Source: Eledone cirrhosa
Taxonomy: Eukaryota
DNA: 64,000 nucleotides
Assembly: GCA_964016885.1 (NCBI GenBank)
Contig: OZ024743.1
Coordinates: forward strand, 45,136,001 to 45,200,000
Reading direction: 5' to 3'
The position numbers were made by a program, and so were the translations under genes. Below, in pieces: positions 39,250 through 53,540 of the stretch (its first letter is position 1; each line of letters begins with the position of its first letter). The notes beneath the pieces were generated by a model that was given only the letters and a program-made list of their open reading frames with translations, searched no databases and was not told the DNA's origin.

Positions 39250-40130
39250 AAGAATAACTTCTTTAACTTCCAATGAAAATGTCTTCAAACATTCCAAAGA
39301 CATAACTGAAAAGAGAAAAAATATATATATAATATCCTTAATTTTTGTTCAAACCAACTCAGAAATCAATGGGAATCAGTTAGATGGTATAATACACTGC
39401 TTAATGTCTAAATGTCATTTCCAGATAAACAGTTCGCCAAATTTCCATTCCAGATAATCACTTCAAACAAACAACACAATTACGGCGAACTGCTCAATAG
39501 AAACAGTATAAAAATTCCATACTTGACCGCACACAATTTTACAGACAAAAGCTTCTTCAACCGTAACCAAAATGAAGAAAAGTCACCAAAACATCGAATG
39601 GAAACAGCACTAACAACAATGTATGTCTGCTCAAAAGTCAATAACCTCCAGAGAACATTTCTATAAGGTCACGGTCTGTCTTTATTTCATTGTATCGAGG
39701 CTTCACGGTGTATATTATTTAAAAGGAAACAACCAATATAGCTTTTCATTTAGACAATAATACAAAATCAACTATATCTCTACCTACATATGTCTGGGAC
39801 CTACATAATTATAGTGCACAGTTTTAGACAATAATACAAGATCAACTACATCACTACCTACATATGTCTGGGACCTACATAATTGTAGTGCACAGTTTTA
39901 GACAATAATACAAAATCAACTACATCACTACCTACATATGTCTGGGAGCTACAGTGTTCTAGTGCACAGTTTTAGACAATAATACAAAATCAACCACATC
40001 ACTACGTATGTTTGGGACCTACAGATTTATAGCGCACAATTTCAACGTTTCTCAGAAATCTTATTAAGAGTAGAAAAGCGTACACATTAGAAAAAAATTT
40101 AAATAATATTTAATAAAATTCATTATTAAT
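39250..40130 (+). pseudogene. Heavily decayed PLE 3' coding region
   Basis: LNRNSIKIPYLT (cf. NRNTIKISYST in copy A) and STTSLPTYVWDL (cf. STSLSQLIWSLK in copy C). Confidence 0.55.
39749..40040 (+). repeat. 74-bp tandem repeat, 4 copies
   Basis: tttagacaataataca starts at 39749, 39823, 39897 and 39971. Confidence 0.95.
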
Positions 40131-40339
40131 CAGAGATGCACATCTTACATCTTCTGAGAGGCAACACACGTAGATTTCATGGAAACATTTTGCACGTGCG
40201 GACCTTTAGAAATGGTAATATCACTCGAATGGTTTCAACAATCATTCGTTTCCATTTGCCGACTAGTATCCCTATGGATTTTTGTTGCAATATTTACATT
40301 TATATGTGTTTCTATTTTCTCAACATGTATATATATATA

Positions 40340-41240
40340 TTGTTATATTTGGGGAGGGTCATATTTGCGTAATATTGCCAGAATTAATAACAGAACACAT
40401 TCACTGTTTCGTTGGTTTTCGCTTCTCGTTGTCTTTTATATCTGCGGTCTAACTTACTCGGTCCTCAATGTTGCCATTGACGGACGAAAAAACGGGTCAG
40501 TACTATACGAACATGCTAGACAACAACATGACGGTAACATAGACAACATAGAAATTAGAATAATATCTAAACATAGGAATGACCCAGCAGATAGGCAAAT
40601 CAGAGAGGCCAGTGAAATAGAAATTAGAAGACCAAAGCTAAACAGAAAGAATGAGTGGAACAACAACAACACCCAAACAAACAACACTGACCTAAGAGAA
40701 GTATAAATAAGTAAATAAAATTAAATAAAATAAGATAAATAAATACATACACAAGCACAATAACAACAAGCACATAAACACACACTAGTCACCCAGCAGA
40801 CACAACACTATACACACTAGTCACACATCACACATAACACTATACACACACGCAAACGCATGCGCAAAGAAGACAAAATAAAATAAGATAAACAAACAAG
40901 CAAATAAATAAATAAATATATAGACAGACTGAATAAAAAAAATGGCGTAGACATACAACACAACAGGAGGAACAATGAATATAACACCACTGACGATGTT
41001 GCAGATGTGCAACGAAAGATTTATGTAAATTATGTAAACTATATATATGTGTTTGTGTCTATATTGTATCTGTATTATTTTTGACCGTCGGTCAGTCAAT
41101 GGCAACATTGAGGACCGAGTAAGTTAGACCGCAGATATAAAAGACAACGAGAAGCGAAAACCAACCAAACAGTGAGTGTGTTCTGTTATTAATTCTGGCA
41201 ATATTACGCAAATATGACCCTCCCCAAATATAACAATATC
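40340..41240 (+). mobile_element. Short PLE 3' remnant bracketed by inverted terminal repeats
   Basis: GIY-YIG C-terminus EHARQQH..RQIREASEI..RPKLNRKNEW (40490-40706); IR arms 40340-40485 and 41088-41240. Confidence 0.75.
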
Positions 41241-41293
41241 TGTTTCGACACACGATTTCATATAAAAAACCTCGCAAAACTAATTCATCGCCG

Positions 41294-41349
<56 letters not shown>

Positions 41350-41459
41350 ACGAGTAGGACCCCGACGGCTGAGCTCAAGCCGTTTCGACGGCTAATTCTG
41401 GACGTATTGAGTACTTTGGTGCGTTATGGTCCACCTGGTTCCTTACCACATTTCCTTCG

Positions 41460-41493
<34 letters not shown>

Positions 41494-41696
41494 CGAAGGA
41501 AATGTGGTAAGGAGCCAGATGGACCATAACGCACCAAATTACTCAATACTTAGGGTAGTAGAGTGGGTAATAAAAACGAGTAGGACCCCGACGGCTGAGC
41601 TCAAGCCGTTTCGACGGCTAATTCTGGACAGAATTAGCCGTCTAGAATTAGCCGTCGAAACGGCTTGAGCTCAGCCATCGGGGTCCTACTCGTTCC

Positions 41697-41727
<31 letters not shown>

Positions 41728-41764
41728 ATACTGGTGGTCTAGTATATATATATATATATATATA

Positions 41765-42415
41765 CTAGACCACCCGTGACCCGTTGGGTCACATTCACTT
41801 TAAGATATTTTTTTAAATCATGTTCCCTTAAAAGTAATTTTTAAATAATTTAATATACAGATATGTATACAATGTGAAATGAAACTGGAAGGCCGCCCAT
41901 ATATATATACGTGTGTGTATGTATATATATAAAAGTTTGTGTGTATATACATATATATATGTATGTATGTGTATATATATATATATATATGGGTGTCTGT
42001 GATCTATATCCACTGGCCATAAACACACACACACATATATATATGCACATATATATATACACACACACTCACATATATATATATATATATATATACACAA
42101 CAACACCACCAGCTCTCTTCCATTCTCCTCTGTCTCCTCTCCCTCTCTCTATGTCTCTCTTTCAATCTACTCTCTCGCAACCTCTATCTTTTCCTCTCTA
42201 TCTTTATCTCTCTCTGTTTATGAAGGTATCCAGAGAAACCCCATATCTCGGGACCCCGTGCACCGATGTACGCGAAACTTGTATTATTCCATTTGTATTC
42301 CCATTGCCGGGTCAACTCCCTTTCAAAGTAGTTTACCATTATGCGCTATTTTGGCTGTATTACATTGCAGACAAGCAAGCAGCCAAGCAATCACAGACTT
42401 TTAGTAATATATAGA
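41765..42415 (-). mobile_element. Complete non-autonomous Helitron
   Basis: Minus strand begins A|TCTATATATTACTAAAAG and ends with hairpin GTGACCC-aac-GGGTCAC, 7 nt, CTAG|T. Confidence 0.8.
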
Positions 42416-43446
42416 TATATACGGTAATGAAGAAATCCACATTAAAAGGAAGCGACGGTGGTGGAGCTAAATTGCAATAAAAATTATGCAATAGTTAAAT
42501 AGTATTTTATATAACAAACAATATTTCCGTTTTAATTTTTCAAACTAGCAACATATCAGCTAGCGGTATATGCCGTTAGTTTCAATCAAAACTCATCTAA
42601 CCTTTAGTTTTATAGAGAACGTAATCGTCACCATTTTTGTGCTTTAGGAGAAATCATGCAATATGTATTAATAAAAAAAATAGGACATCTAATGTATTGT
42701 TGCATTGCAAATATTGGTTAGATTGTCTAAAGTGCTTCAGATATTTGCTTTACTTATGAATTTACAGAAACGTTGAGATAGATATATTTTCCTGTGGGTG
42801 TTTTTTTTATTATGAGATAAGATTTGAAAATTGAAAAAAATTCCATTCTTTTAAAGAAATGTTAATGTTTAACTAAAGAAGGTTGAATTGCTTCGAGGTT
42901 TACTAAACAAAATGATTTCCTGAAATTCCGTTCACTGTGTTCAGTTTACTAAGATTCAGATATGACAAATGTTGACTTTACATTTTCAAGTATTTCTCAG
43001 ATCCAATATCGGTTCCTTGTCAATATTTACAGGTTCTGAAGAATTATGATTTTCAATCGAATGATCCATAGTTGTCAAATTCCAGCAATTAAAATATTCA
43101 TTTTTCAGTTGTTACGTGTACCGCTGCTCTCTATTTATTTGCTGTAATGAAGTGGATCGATAGAGATAAATGGAGTACATACCAGATATAAACAAATATG
43201 TGATGGCGTCGGTATGATCGACCATACTCCCCAATTCATGCCTCAGTCTAAGCACAGTTAAATTGTAGTAAACGATATAAAAGAGATATCATTGAGAAAA
43301 TCGGGTATAAATGCAGAGGGACAGAAAAAAACTTACTGGCTGTCACTACAGAGAAACGATGTTCGATTCTCTGCAGCGACTGCTAACCACTTTTTTTTCT
43401 CTGTATTTTACCCGATGTTTTAAAAGTATTACTTTTTATAACGATT

Positions 43447-43633
43447 AGGCGGTGGATTGGCAGTATCAGTAGAGGGTCGGACGCCATGCTTTCCAGCATA
43501 GTTATGTCCCTTTACGATCTGAGTTCAAATCCCGCCGAGGTTGACTTTGCCTTTCATCCTTGCGGGGTCGATAAAATAAAGTACCAGTAATGCACTGGGA
43601 TAATTGTTAGCCTTGTGCCTAAAGTAGAAACAA
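43447..43633 (+). mobile_element. Full-length SINE with TSD
   Basis: Family match; ttactttttataacgatt duplicated on both sides. Confidence 0.9.
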
Positions 43634-44333
43634 TTACTTTTTATAACGATTTCTATGTGCAAATTCTAATATTTCAAATTCCAAATCATTCAAATTCCTC
43701 GATAAGTCAATATATATATATAGGAGTCAGCAAAACCACGTTTATTGAACCTGAGGAAAGCCCCCACCTCACCCCACCATCCTTGGGAGTGCCCCACACA
43801 GGAAGAACAATTATCCTTAGGTACTAACCCTATACGCATGAATGCGTGTCCGCAACCGTGCGTTGTGTGTGTATACTGGGATTACGTGAATGTACACACT
43901 TATGTGAACGCAATGAAATAATAATACACCAGGTTGCATTTGAAAAATGTTCAAGTGTATGCTTAAGAGTATATTTGTATATGCTCTCTTGTATGAGTGC
44001 ACATGTGTATATAGACATACACACGTATCCAGAGGTATACAAGTGTGGGTGGGTGCTTGTACCTATATATGTATGTACTAAGGGATTCGCCTAACCTCCA
44101 AAGATCTAAGCTATTGCTGTGAAGATATATATCACACTCTACTTGTGTATAGTCTAAACAATAACTTTTCCAACCACCCACTTTACTTTTCTTTAAAAAT
44201 AACATCCACCTCGTTTTATGTCTGCCAAATACTTGGATTTGGGTGCCTCTGTTGTATATATATATGCAGTTGTGCGTACATACATATATATACACACCTG
44301 TTTGGATTTGTGTGTGTAGTTGTGTGCGTGTGC

Positions 44334-44605
44334 GTGTCTGTGGGGGTAGGTGTGAGAAGTATGTACAAGTCAACCAGCATAAGTCTTTTTATTTGTAAAC
44401 TTTCTAAGTATTTGACTCTAACCATAATTTTCAGTATTCCCACCCCACCTAAATTCCTCAATTTGTATGTCTGGATGTGTCTGTGGGGGTGAGTGTGAGT
44501 GTATGTGCAAGTCAACCAACATAAGTCTTTTTATATGTAAACTTTCTAGTATTTGACTCTAACCATAATTTTCAGTAGTACCACGGCACATAAATCCCTC
44601 AATAT
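44334..44605 (+). repeat. Tandem duplication of about 143 bp
   Basis: gtgtctgtgggggt...caagtcaacc...tatttgactctaaccataattttcagta occurs twice. Confidence 0.9.
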
Positions 44606-44912
44606 AAGAATGACCTGTGATATCGAATTGCATGCTATAAACCTCAATTGAATATATATCTGACCAGGAATGCTTTTTGTGAAAATCAATCATATGGAAC
44701 TATTGTCATCTTGCCTGACGGTTTGAACTTTACAACACAACCTGCCTGTTTGAGGTCAAATACCAACCCTACTAGCTTCTAGAAACTGACCAATGAGATT
44801 TAAGATTATTCTTGCTGACTACATTAAATTATCCCTAACAAGCTCATATGTCCCAACGCTCTAAAACCATCAACAACATAAACACAGAGCTGGCATATCT
44901 AAGAACTGACTA

Positions 44913-44968
44913 ACTGCCTGATGAGGTCATAGCTATTCAATGGCTATCATCGAAATATATATAGCAGT
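44913..44968 (+). ncRNA. Type I hammerhead ribozyme
   Basis: ACTGC CTGATGA GGT-c-ATAGCTA-ttcaa-TGGCTAT-c-ATC GAAA TATATA TA GCAGT. Same architecture as the 1663 motif; about 115 nt from (TA)n. Confidence 0.85.
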
Positions 44969-45072
44969 AAATAAAGGATTATGAGTTCATGCAATTTACT
45001 TATGTTTCGTCACTATATATATGTGTTATGGAATACTGTTAGCTTCTCGCTAAAACAATTTCTATACCTTTC

Positions 45073-45107
<35 letters not shown>

Positions 45108-45229
45108 GGAGGTGAGTTTTATTGTAGTACAATAAAGCAATGCAGATATCGGATAAGAAGCACTCTACAGTTTGTGGGACTGGAGTATGCATAATATAAG
45201 ATCAAAAGATGGTTAAAGGAGTTCGATAT

Positions 45230-45298
45230 ATTTTATTATGCGCATTTCAAAAATAAACATCATCAAACAATAATATTTGTGTTTTCATCAGATAAAAC
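45230..45298 (-). ncRNA. Hammerhead ribozyme in the 3' terminal repeat of PLE copy B
   Basis: Minus strand: GTTTTAT CTGATGA [long AU-rich stem II] GAAA TGCGCA TA ATAAAAT; same sense as the ORF. Confidence 0.85.
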
Positions 45299-46577
45299 AG
45301 GAGAACATGATATGAAGGCTAAAAAAAAACACTTGTTGATAGTGCAGTTTTAAATCAACATATGAAAAGTGGTTTTAGATTGATGTGTGATATTGGGAAA
45401 AATATTTTATTTAGAGAGGGGGGGAGAGAAAAGGATGAAAAGGGAAGGAGATGAGAGGGAGAGATGGGTGATAGAGAGAAAGAGATAGTTTTTATAACAG
45501 AGAGGAGATATATTTTATATAGAGGGGTTGAAAACCGTTGGAAGATACTGTATAAATTAAAAATTTTGAAAATTAACGAAGGGAGGATATGTGCGAGGAA
45601 AAAATATATTATATTTAGGGAGGGGTGGGGGTGGAAAGGATGAAAAAAAAGGGGAGGAGATGAGAGTGAAGGTGGAAAGGGAGAGATGGGTGATAGAGAG
45701 AAAGAGATAGTTTTTATAACTGAGAAAAAGATATAATGTTTTAATATAGAGAGGTTGGGAACCGTTGGAAGATAATGTATAAATTAAAGGAATTTGAAAA
45801 TTAACGAAGGGAAATTATGTGTGGAGATAGAGAGAAAAAAATAATGAAGGGAAATTATGTATGGAGATAGAGAGAAAAAAAAAAAATAACGAAGGGAGAT
45901 TATGTATGGAGATAGAGAGAAAAAATAATAATTGTGGGTGAATATTCAAACGTCAAAAGGAGAAATGTAGGAATTTTAAAATTAGCAAAGAGAAAAAGTT
46001 TATGTGTAGGATTTGAGAAAAATAATGTGAAGTTAAAGTTTTTATATTGAATTCATATGTATTAATAATGAGTTCGTTGATGAGGAGAAAAAAATAATAA
46101 TAAATTAAGGATGAAATTGAGATTAAAAAGATTTATGATAGAGAGAAAAAAAATAATAATGATTGCGGATGAATACTCAAAATGTCAAAAACAAATGTTA
46201 TTGTTTTACGAGGAGATATAATGAGGGTGATGAGTAAACGGGTATTATAGAGTGTATAATGCCCTTTAAAGTAAGGTAGATGGGTATATTTTAAAGAATA
46301 TATGAGTATATATTAAAAAAATATATAATAATAAATTAAGGATGAAATTGAGATTAAAAAGATTTATGATAGAGGGGAAAAAAATAATAATGATTGCGGA
46401 TGAATATTCAAAATGTCAAAAACAAATGTTATTGTTTTACGAGAAGATAGGGAAATGAGTAAACGAGTATTATAGAGTGTATAATGCCCTTTAAAGTAAG
46501 GTAGATGGGTATATTTTAAAGAGGTGTATGTATATGTGCCTTTGAGAAAAGATTCTAAATTGATAAAGAATTGAATA

Positions 46578-48055
46578 TTAACTGTATACTTTGTGAAAAG
46601 TTCTATGGAATTTATGCAGGCAGATGGAAAACAAATCCGAGCGTCTATTTATTATGGATTCTAGGTTAGAGATAATGGTAAATTTTTCATTTAGGCAGAG
46701 ATTACAGATTTTAGATAGAGAGCTGTTCAAGTACGAGGATGCAGAAGAAATCTTTTTCCAAAAGATGTTATATTTAATGTTTTTGTCTTTTAAGGACCAT
46801 ATGAGTTCTGAGAGAGCAGTGTTAGTTCTTTTAAGTTTGTATTTGAAAGATGAATGATGATTATAGAGACGAGCTTTAAAAGAGGTGGAAGTGGAGCCAA
46901 AATAGGTGAAGGAATTGGTGCTAGTTATAATTTTACATTCATAAATTAAGTTTTTATCGAGGCAATGGTTGTTGAGAGGACATTTATTTTTAATGCGGCA
47001 GTTGCAATTAGAGAGATTATTAATGAGTGATCTAGTGTTATCTATAGAAGGAATTGGATTGGAGAAGTTGTTTGCGATAGGAATAATAGGAATAATAGTT
47101 TCTTGATTTAGAGTTGGATTATGAACATTTAGCGAAGTTGTGTTTGACGTTGCATTTGGGTTTACAGAAGTTAGCCTAGGGTTTACAATGACGTCAGGAG
47201 TACTATTATTGTTATTATGAGATTCAATATTGGAAGGAAGAGATTTAGTATTTAATATTTTGTTGTTGTGTTTAGAAATGATGTTGGAAATATTGGAGGA
47301 TGTAGAATACGAAAATTTGATGGTGTGTTTGTTAAATATTTTACTATAGATATGTGAGGGAGGGAAGCATTTATTTAAGGCACTAAAAAATAATTTAGGA
47401 ATATTGTTATTAATAGAGATGGAGAAAGGAGCATTATACCAGATTATGTTTTTGTATCTAGGTCTTTTATTAAAATTATTGGAATGGTTATGATTAAATA
47501 TTCTACTGTAAGTTTTCCTAGAATTTGTTTCTTTATTATATTTGATTTTATCTGGATAGCCGGCTTTAGAAAGTGCGTTATTATAGTAATTGGCGTTAGC
47601 ATCAAAGATGTTTTTATTAGAAGATATGTTAGATATTCTATTTCCAATATTATTAACTATAGCATTCTTGATATTGGTAGGATGGTTAGATTTAAAGTTA
47701 ACATAATTAAGATTCTCATTGTTTTTATGGTAAGGGTAATATAGGCCAGTGTCAAGATTAAGAGATACATCCAAGAAATTAGCTAGTTTGGTACTATTAT
47801 CAAATTCAATTTTTAGGTTATGTTGGTTAAAGAGATTACGTATATTGTTCTTAATAATATTAAGTTTAACTATATTGCAATTTAGGATAGTAAAGAGTCC
47901 ATCGTCACGATAAATTCCACCGCGAAGTTGAGGAATTTTCCGACTCAAAGAGTTCAAAATGAAGATACCAATTAAATCAGTCAATTGGGATGAATCGGAT
48001 GCTCCCATTGTGATGTCGAAGTTGTTAGAGGTATCGGCCGATAGAGCCGATACCT
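46578..48055 (-). CDS. PLE RT C-terminal half plus GIY-YIG; uninterrupted but 5'-truncated
   Basis: FDITMGASDS, GGIYRDDGL, FLDVSLNL, SNHP, CNCRIKNKCPLNNHCL, LIYEC..TYFG, CNLCLNEK, CLH. The first ~20 aa of the tracked ORF come from the inverted repeat. Confidence 0.9.
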
Positions 48056-48096
48056 CTAACAAGTGTTTTTTTTTAGCCTTCATATCATGTTCTCCT

Positions 48097-48165
48097 GTTT
48101 TATCTGATGAAAACACAAATATTATTGTTTGATGATGTTTGTTTTTGAAATGCGCATAATAAAAT
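48097..48165 (+). ncRNA. Hammerhead ribozyme, inverted copy of 45230-45298
   Basis: GTTTTAT CTGATGA AAAc-ACAAATATTAT..ATGATGTTTGT-TTTT GAAA TGCGCA TA ATAAAAT. Confidence 0.85.
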
Positions 48166-48201
48166 ATATCGAACTCCTTTAACCATCTTTTGATCTTATA
48201 T

Positions 48202-48264
<63 letters not shown>

Positions 48265-48280
48265 ATAGATAATGTATAGG

Positions 48281-48394
48281 TAAGTTTATCCCGGGTTAAG
48301 CCTTTCTTTATTAAATATATATATGCATATATATATATATATATATATGCATATATATATTTAATAAGGAAAGGCTTAACCCGGGATAAACTTA
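48281..48394. repeat. Small palindrome centred on (TA)n
   Basis: taagtttatcccgggttaagcctttcttattaaa / tttaataaggaaaggcttaacccgggataaactta. Confidence 0.9.
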
Positions 48395-48495
48395 TATATA
48401 TATATATATATACGTTATTCCGGGTTGAATCGGAGGTAACCACAGTAAGTAAGGTACTCAATACATAGCAGAGTATAAAGGTTTTAATATAGATA

Positions 48496-48546
48496 AGATT
48501 CTACAGGACTAGAACTGTTTCATTCATTAGAAATCATCAGGAATCT
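48496..48546 (-). ncRNA. Hammerhead ribozyme, left partner of 53324-53374
   Basis: Minus strand: AGATTC CTGATGA tTTC-taat-GAAt GAAA CAG-ttctagtc-CTG TA GAATCT. Confidence 0.85.
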
Positions 48547-48989
48547 GGGTATCAAAAAATAAATATGGTATTTATAGGTCTCTACAAGTGGTAGGAGAGG
48601 GTGGGGAGTGGGATGGGTGCAGGTCATTGGTTGATAGAAAAGGGAATTCATTAAAAGCTAATTCTACAAAGCTATAGTTTATTTTTATTTATTTATGTTT
48701 TTAGAGTAACAAGGGCAGACAGAATTCTATAAACAGGTTCCGGATGGCATACCATTCCTTGTCATTAAGTTTCTCTTAAGCTAACAGATGTCTATAAAAT
48801 CAGTGGGGGGGTCAGTCATGGTCGATAGAATTAAAGAAAAGGGAGATTCTTTAAAAGCTAAAATCATTATGGTTCTACTAAGTGACAAAGGTCTAGAGAA
48901 TTCTGCAGACAGATTCAAAATACTGAGTGCATATCTTACTATTATCTTCGAACTTCTCTTAAACTAATCAACTATATGCCAAAAATCAA

Positions 48990-49166
48990 CAGACACATTC
49001 ACAAAAAAACAAAAAAACACATACTCACTCACACACTTACGCGCAACCATAAACACACACACAAACACATATACACACATAAAAACACACACACATATAT
49101 AAAAATATATAAATATACATTCATGTACACACACATACACACACACATACATACATACATACATAT

Positions 49167-49228
<62 letters not shown>

Positions 49229-49429
49229 TATATACACATATATACACACACATATATATATATATATATACAGATACACACACACATACACATACATACA
49301 CACACACACACACATATATACACAAATAAATACACTCACACGCATACATACAAACACAAATATACATGTGTATACATATACACACAAATACATATAGACA
49401 TATATACATACACATACACAGACACATAT

Positions 49430-49485
<56 letters not shown>

Positions 49486-49563
49486 ACACACATACACACA
49501 TACATACATACACATACATATATACACACACATACACGTATACATATATATATATATACATAT

Positions 49564-49600
<37 letters not shown>
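48990..49600. repeat. (CA)/(TA) compound microsatellite
   Basis: Read directly. Confidence 0.97.
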
Positions 49601-49603
<3 letters not shown>

Positions 49604-49737
49604 TACTAGGGAGAGGATCAGGAGTGTATAACACTCCACTTATCCAGCAGGCAGTATAAGGTTAGCTCGATGTCTGAGGACAGAGCCGTGATATAATAAA
49701 TAACAAAGAACGCCTATAGCATATGCATATCTTTACT

Positions 49738-49783
49738 TGCTAACATTGTTTCATCCGCACTATAAGTGGGACTCATCAGAGCA
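49738..49783 (-). ncRNA. Hammerhead ribozyme, left arm
   Basis: Minus strand: TGCT CTGATGA GTCC-CACT-tat-AGTG-c-GGAT GAAA CAATG TT AGCA. Confidence 0.8.
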
Positions 49784-50414
49784 TAAAGGTTAATTGCATA
49801 CCATACAAGCAATAACAAATCCAAGACATTGAAGAATGATAAATAATAGAAGATAAAGGATATTAAGGAAGTAAAAGTAAAAATAAGAATAAAAATAAAA
49901 ATAAAAATAAAAATAAAATAATAAAATAAACAATGAAAAATAAGGGGTGCTATCAGTCACAGTTGGGCGGGGTGCTGTCAACATATAGTTACATACAAGC
50001 ATACACATGGTTAAGAGAACAGACAAGAGTAGATAAGATAGATAGGATTAGGTAAGAGTAGGTAAAAATTAGGTGAAAAACAGACTTATAATATATATAA
50101 GAAAATATAAAGAAATATATAACAAACTTACATATAAAATATAAAATATACAGATAATAGTGATACAGGGTAAGGAATGAAATAAAATAATATAAAATTA
50201 AAATTAAAATTATATAAAATAGAACATAATATAATATAATCATAAAATAAGATAAAATCAGGTAAACTAAAATAAAATAAAATAGACTAAAGTAAAATAA
50301 TTGTTTCTTATATCTTATCTCAATTTACTTTATTTCATTTTATTTTATTTTATTTCATTTCATTTTATCTAATTTTATTAATTTAATTTTATTTATTTAC
50401 TTATTTAATTTCAT

Positions 50415-50449
<35 letters not shown>

Positions 50450-50602
50450 CTTATTTATTTATTTATTTATTTAAATTTAATTTTAATTTTAATTTTATTT
50501 ATTTATTTAATTTTATTTATTTATTTATTTATTTACTTATTTATTTATTTATTTATTTATTTAAATTTAATTTTAATTTTAATTTTATTTATTTATTTAA
50601 TT

Positions 50603-50645
<43 letters not shown>

Positions 50646-51217
50646 TTTTATTTAATTACATTTAATTATATCTTATATTATATTATTTTACTTTAGTCTA
50701 TTTTATTTTATTTTAGTTTACCTTATTTTATCTTATTTTATGATTATATTATATTATGTTCTATTTTATATAATTTTAATTTTAATTTTATATTATTTTA
50801 TTTCATTCCTTACCCTGTATCACTATTATCTGTATATTTTATATTTTATATGTAAGTTTGTTATATATTTCTTTATATTTTCTTATATATATTATAAGTC
50901 TGTTTTTCACCTATTTTTTACCTACTCTTACCTAATCCTATCTATCTTATCTACTCTTGTCTGTTCTCTTATCCATGTGTATGCTTGTATGTAACTATAT
51001 GTTGACAGCACCCCGCCCAACTGTGACTGATAGCACCCCTTATTTTTCATTGTTTATTTTATTATTTTATTTTTATTTTTATTTTTATTTTTATATTTAT
51101 TTTTATTTTTATTCTTATTTTTACTTTTACTTCCTTAATATCCTTTATCTTCTATTATTTTTCATTCTTCAATGTCTTGGATTTGTTATTGCTTGTATGG
51201 TATGCAATTAACCTTTA

Positions 51218-51263
51218 TGCTCTGATGAGTCCCACTTAGAGTGCGGATGAAACAATGTTAGCA
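51218..51263 (+). ncRNA. Hammerhead ribozyme, right arm
   Basis: TGCT CTGATGA GTCC-CACT-tag-AGTG-c-GGAT GAAA CAATG TT AGCA; stem I can extend through ctttat/gtaaag. Confidence 0.8.
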
Positions 51264-51302
51264 AGTAAAGATATGCATATGCTATAGGCGTTCTTTGTTA
51301 TT

Positions 51303-53049
<1,747 letters not shown>

Positions 53050-53323
53050 CCATGACTGACCCCCCACTGATTTTATAGACATCTGTTAGCTTAAGAGAAA
53101 CTTAATGACAAGGAATGGTATGCCATCCGGAACTTGTTTATAGAATTCTGTCTGCCCTTGTTACTCTAAAAACATAAATAAATAAAAATAAACTATAGCT
53201 TTGTAGAATTAGCTTTTAATGAATTCCCTTTTCTATCAACCAATGACCTGCACCCATCCCACTCCCCACCCTCTCCTACCACTTGTAGAGACCTATAAAT
53301 ACCATATTTATTTTTTGATACCC

Positions 53324-53374
53324 AGATTCCTGATGATTTCTAATGAATGAAACAGTTCTAGTCCTGTAGAATCT
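53324..53374 (+). ncRNA. Hammerhead ribozyme
   Basis: AGATTC CTGATGA tTTC-taat-GAAt GAAA CAG..CTG TA GAATCT; GUA triplet; 23 nt from (TA)n. Confidence 0.85.
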
Positions 53375-53540
53375 CATCTATATTAAAACCTATATATATA
53401 TATATATATTTAAAAGAAATAGGATTTCGCTTCAAGCTTCCTAAAATCGTATTTCTTTCAAAATACGAAATTTCTATACATATTGTATAAAGCTATGCTT
53501 GAGGCGAAATTCAATTTCTTTTATATGTATATATATATAT

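Larger units (their letters stand above)
45105..48203 (-). mobile_element. 5'-truncated Penelope-like element, copy B, with an inverted terminal-repeat fragment at its 5' junction
   Basis: ORF 46578 to about 48055; 3' UTR of about 1.5 kb with internal duplications; 48056-48203 is the reverse complement of 45191-45337. Confidence 0.9.

Noticed and set aside
39749-40040. Regularly spaced repeats as a CRISPR array
   Set aside because: Whole 74-bp units repeat without unique spacers; no cas genes; eukaryotic context.
40985-41030. CTGACGAT-GTTGCA..TGCAAC-GAAA hammerhead-like core, also on the minus strand at about 31795-31826
   Set aside because: Good stem II in a PLE end, but I could not complete stems I and III with an NUH site. 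Left uncalled; worth a computational fold.
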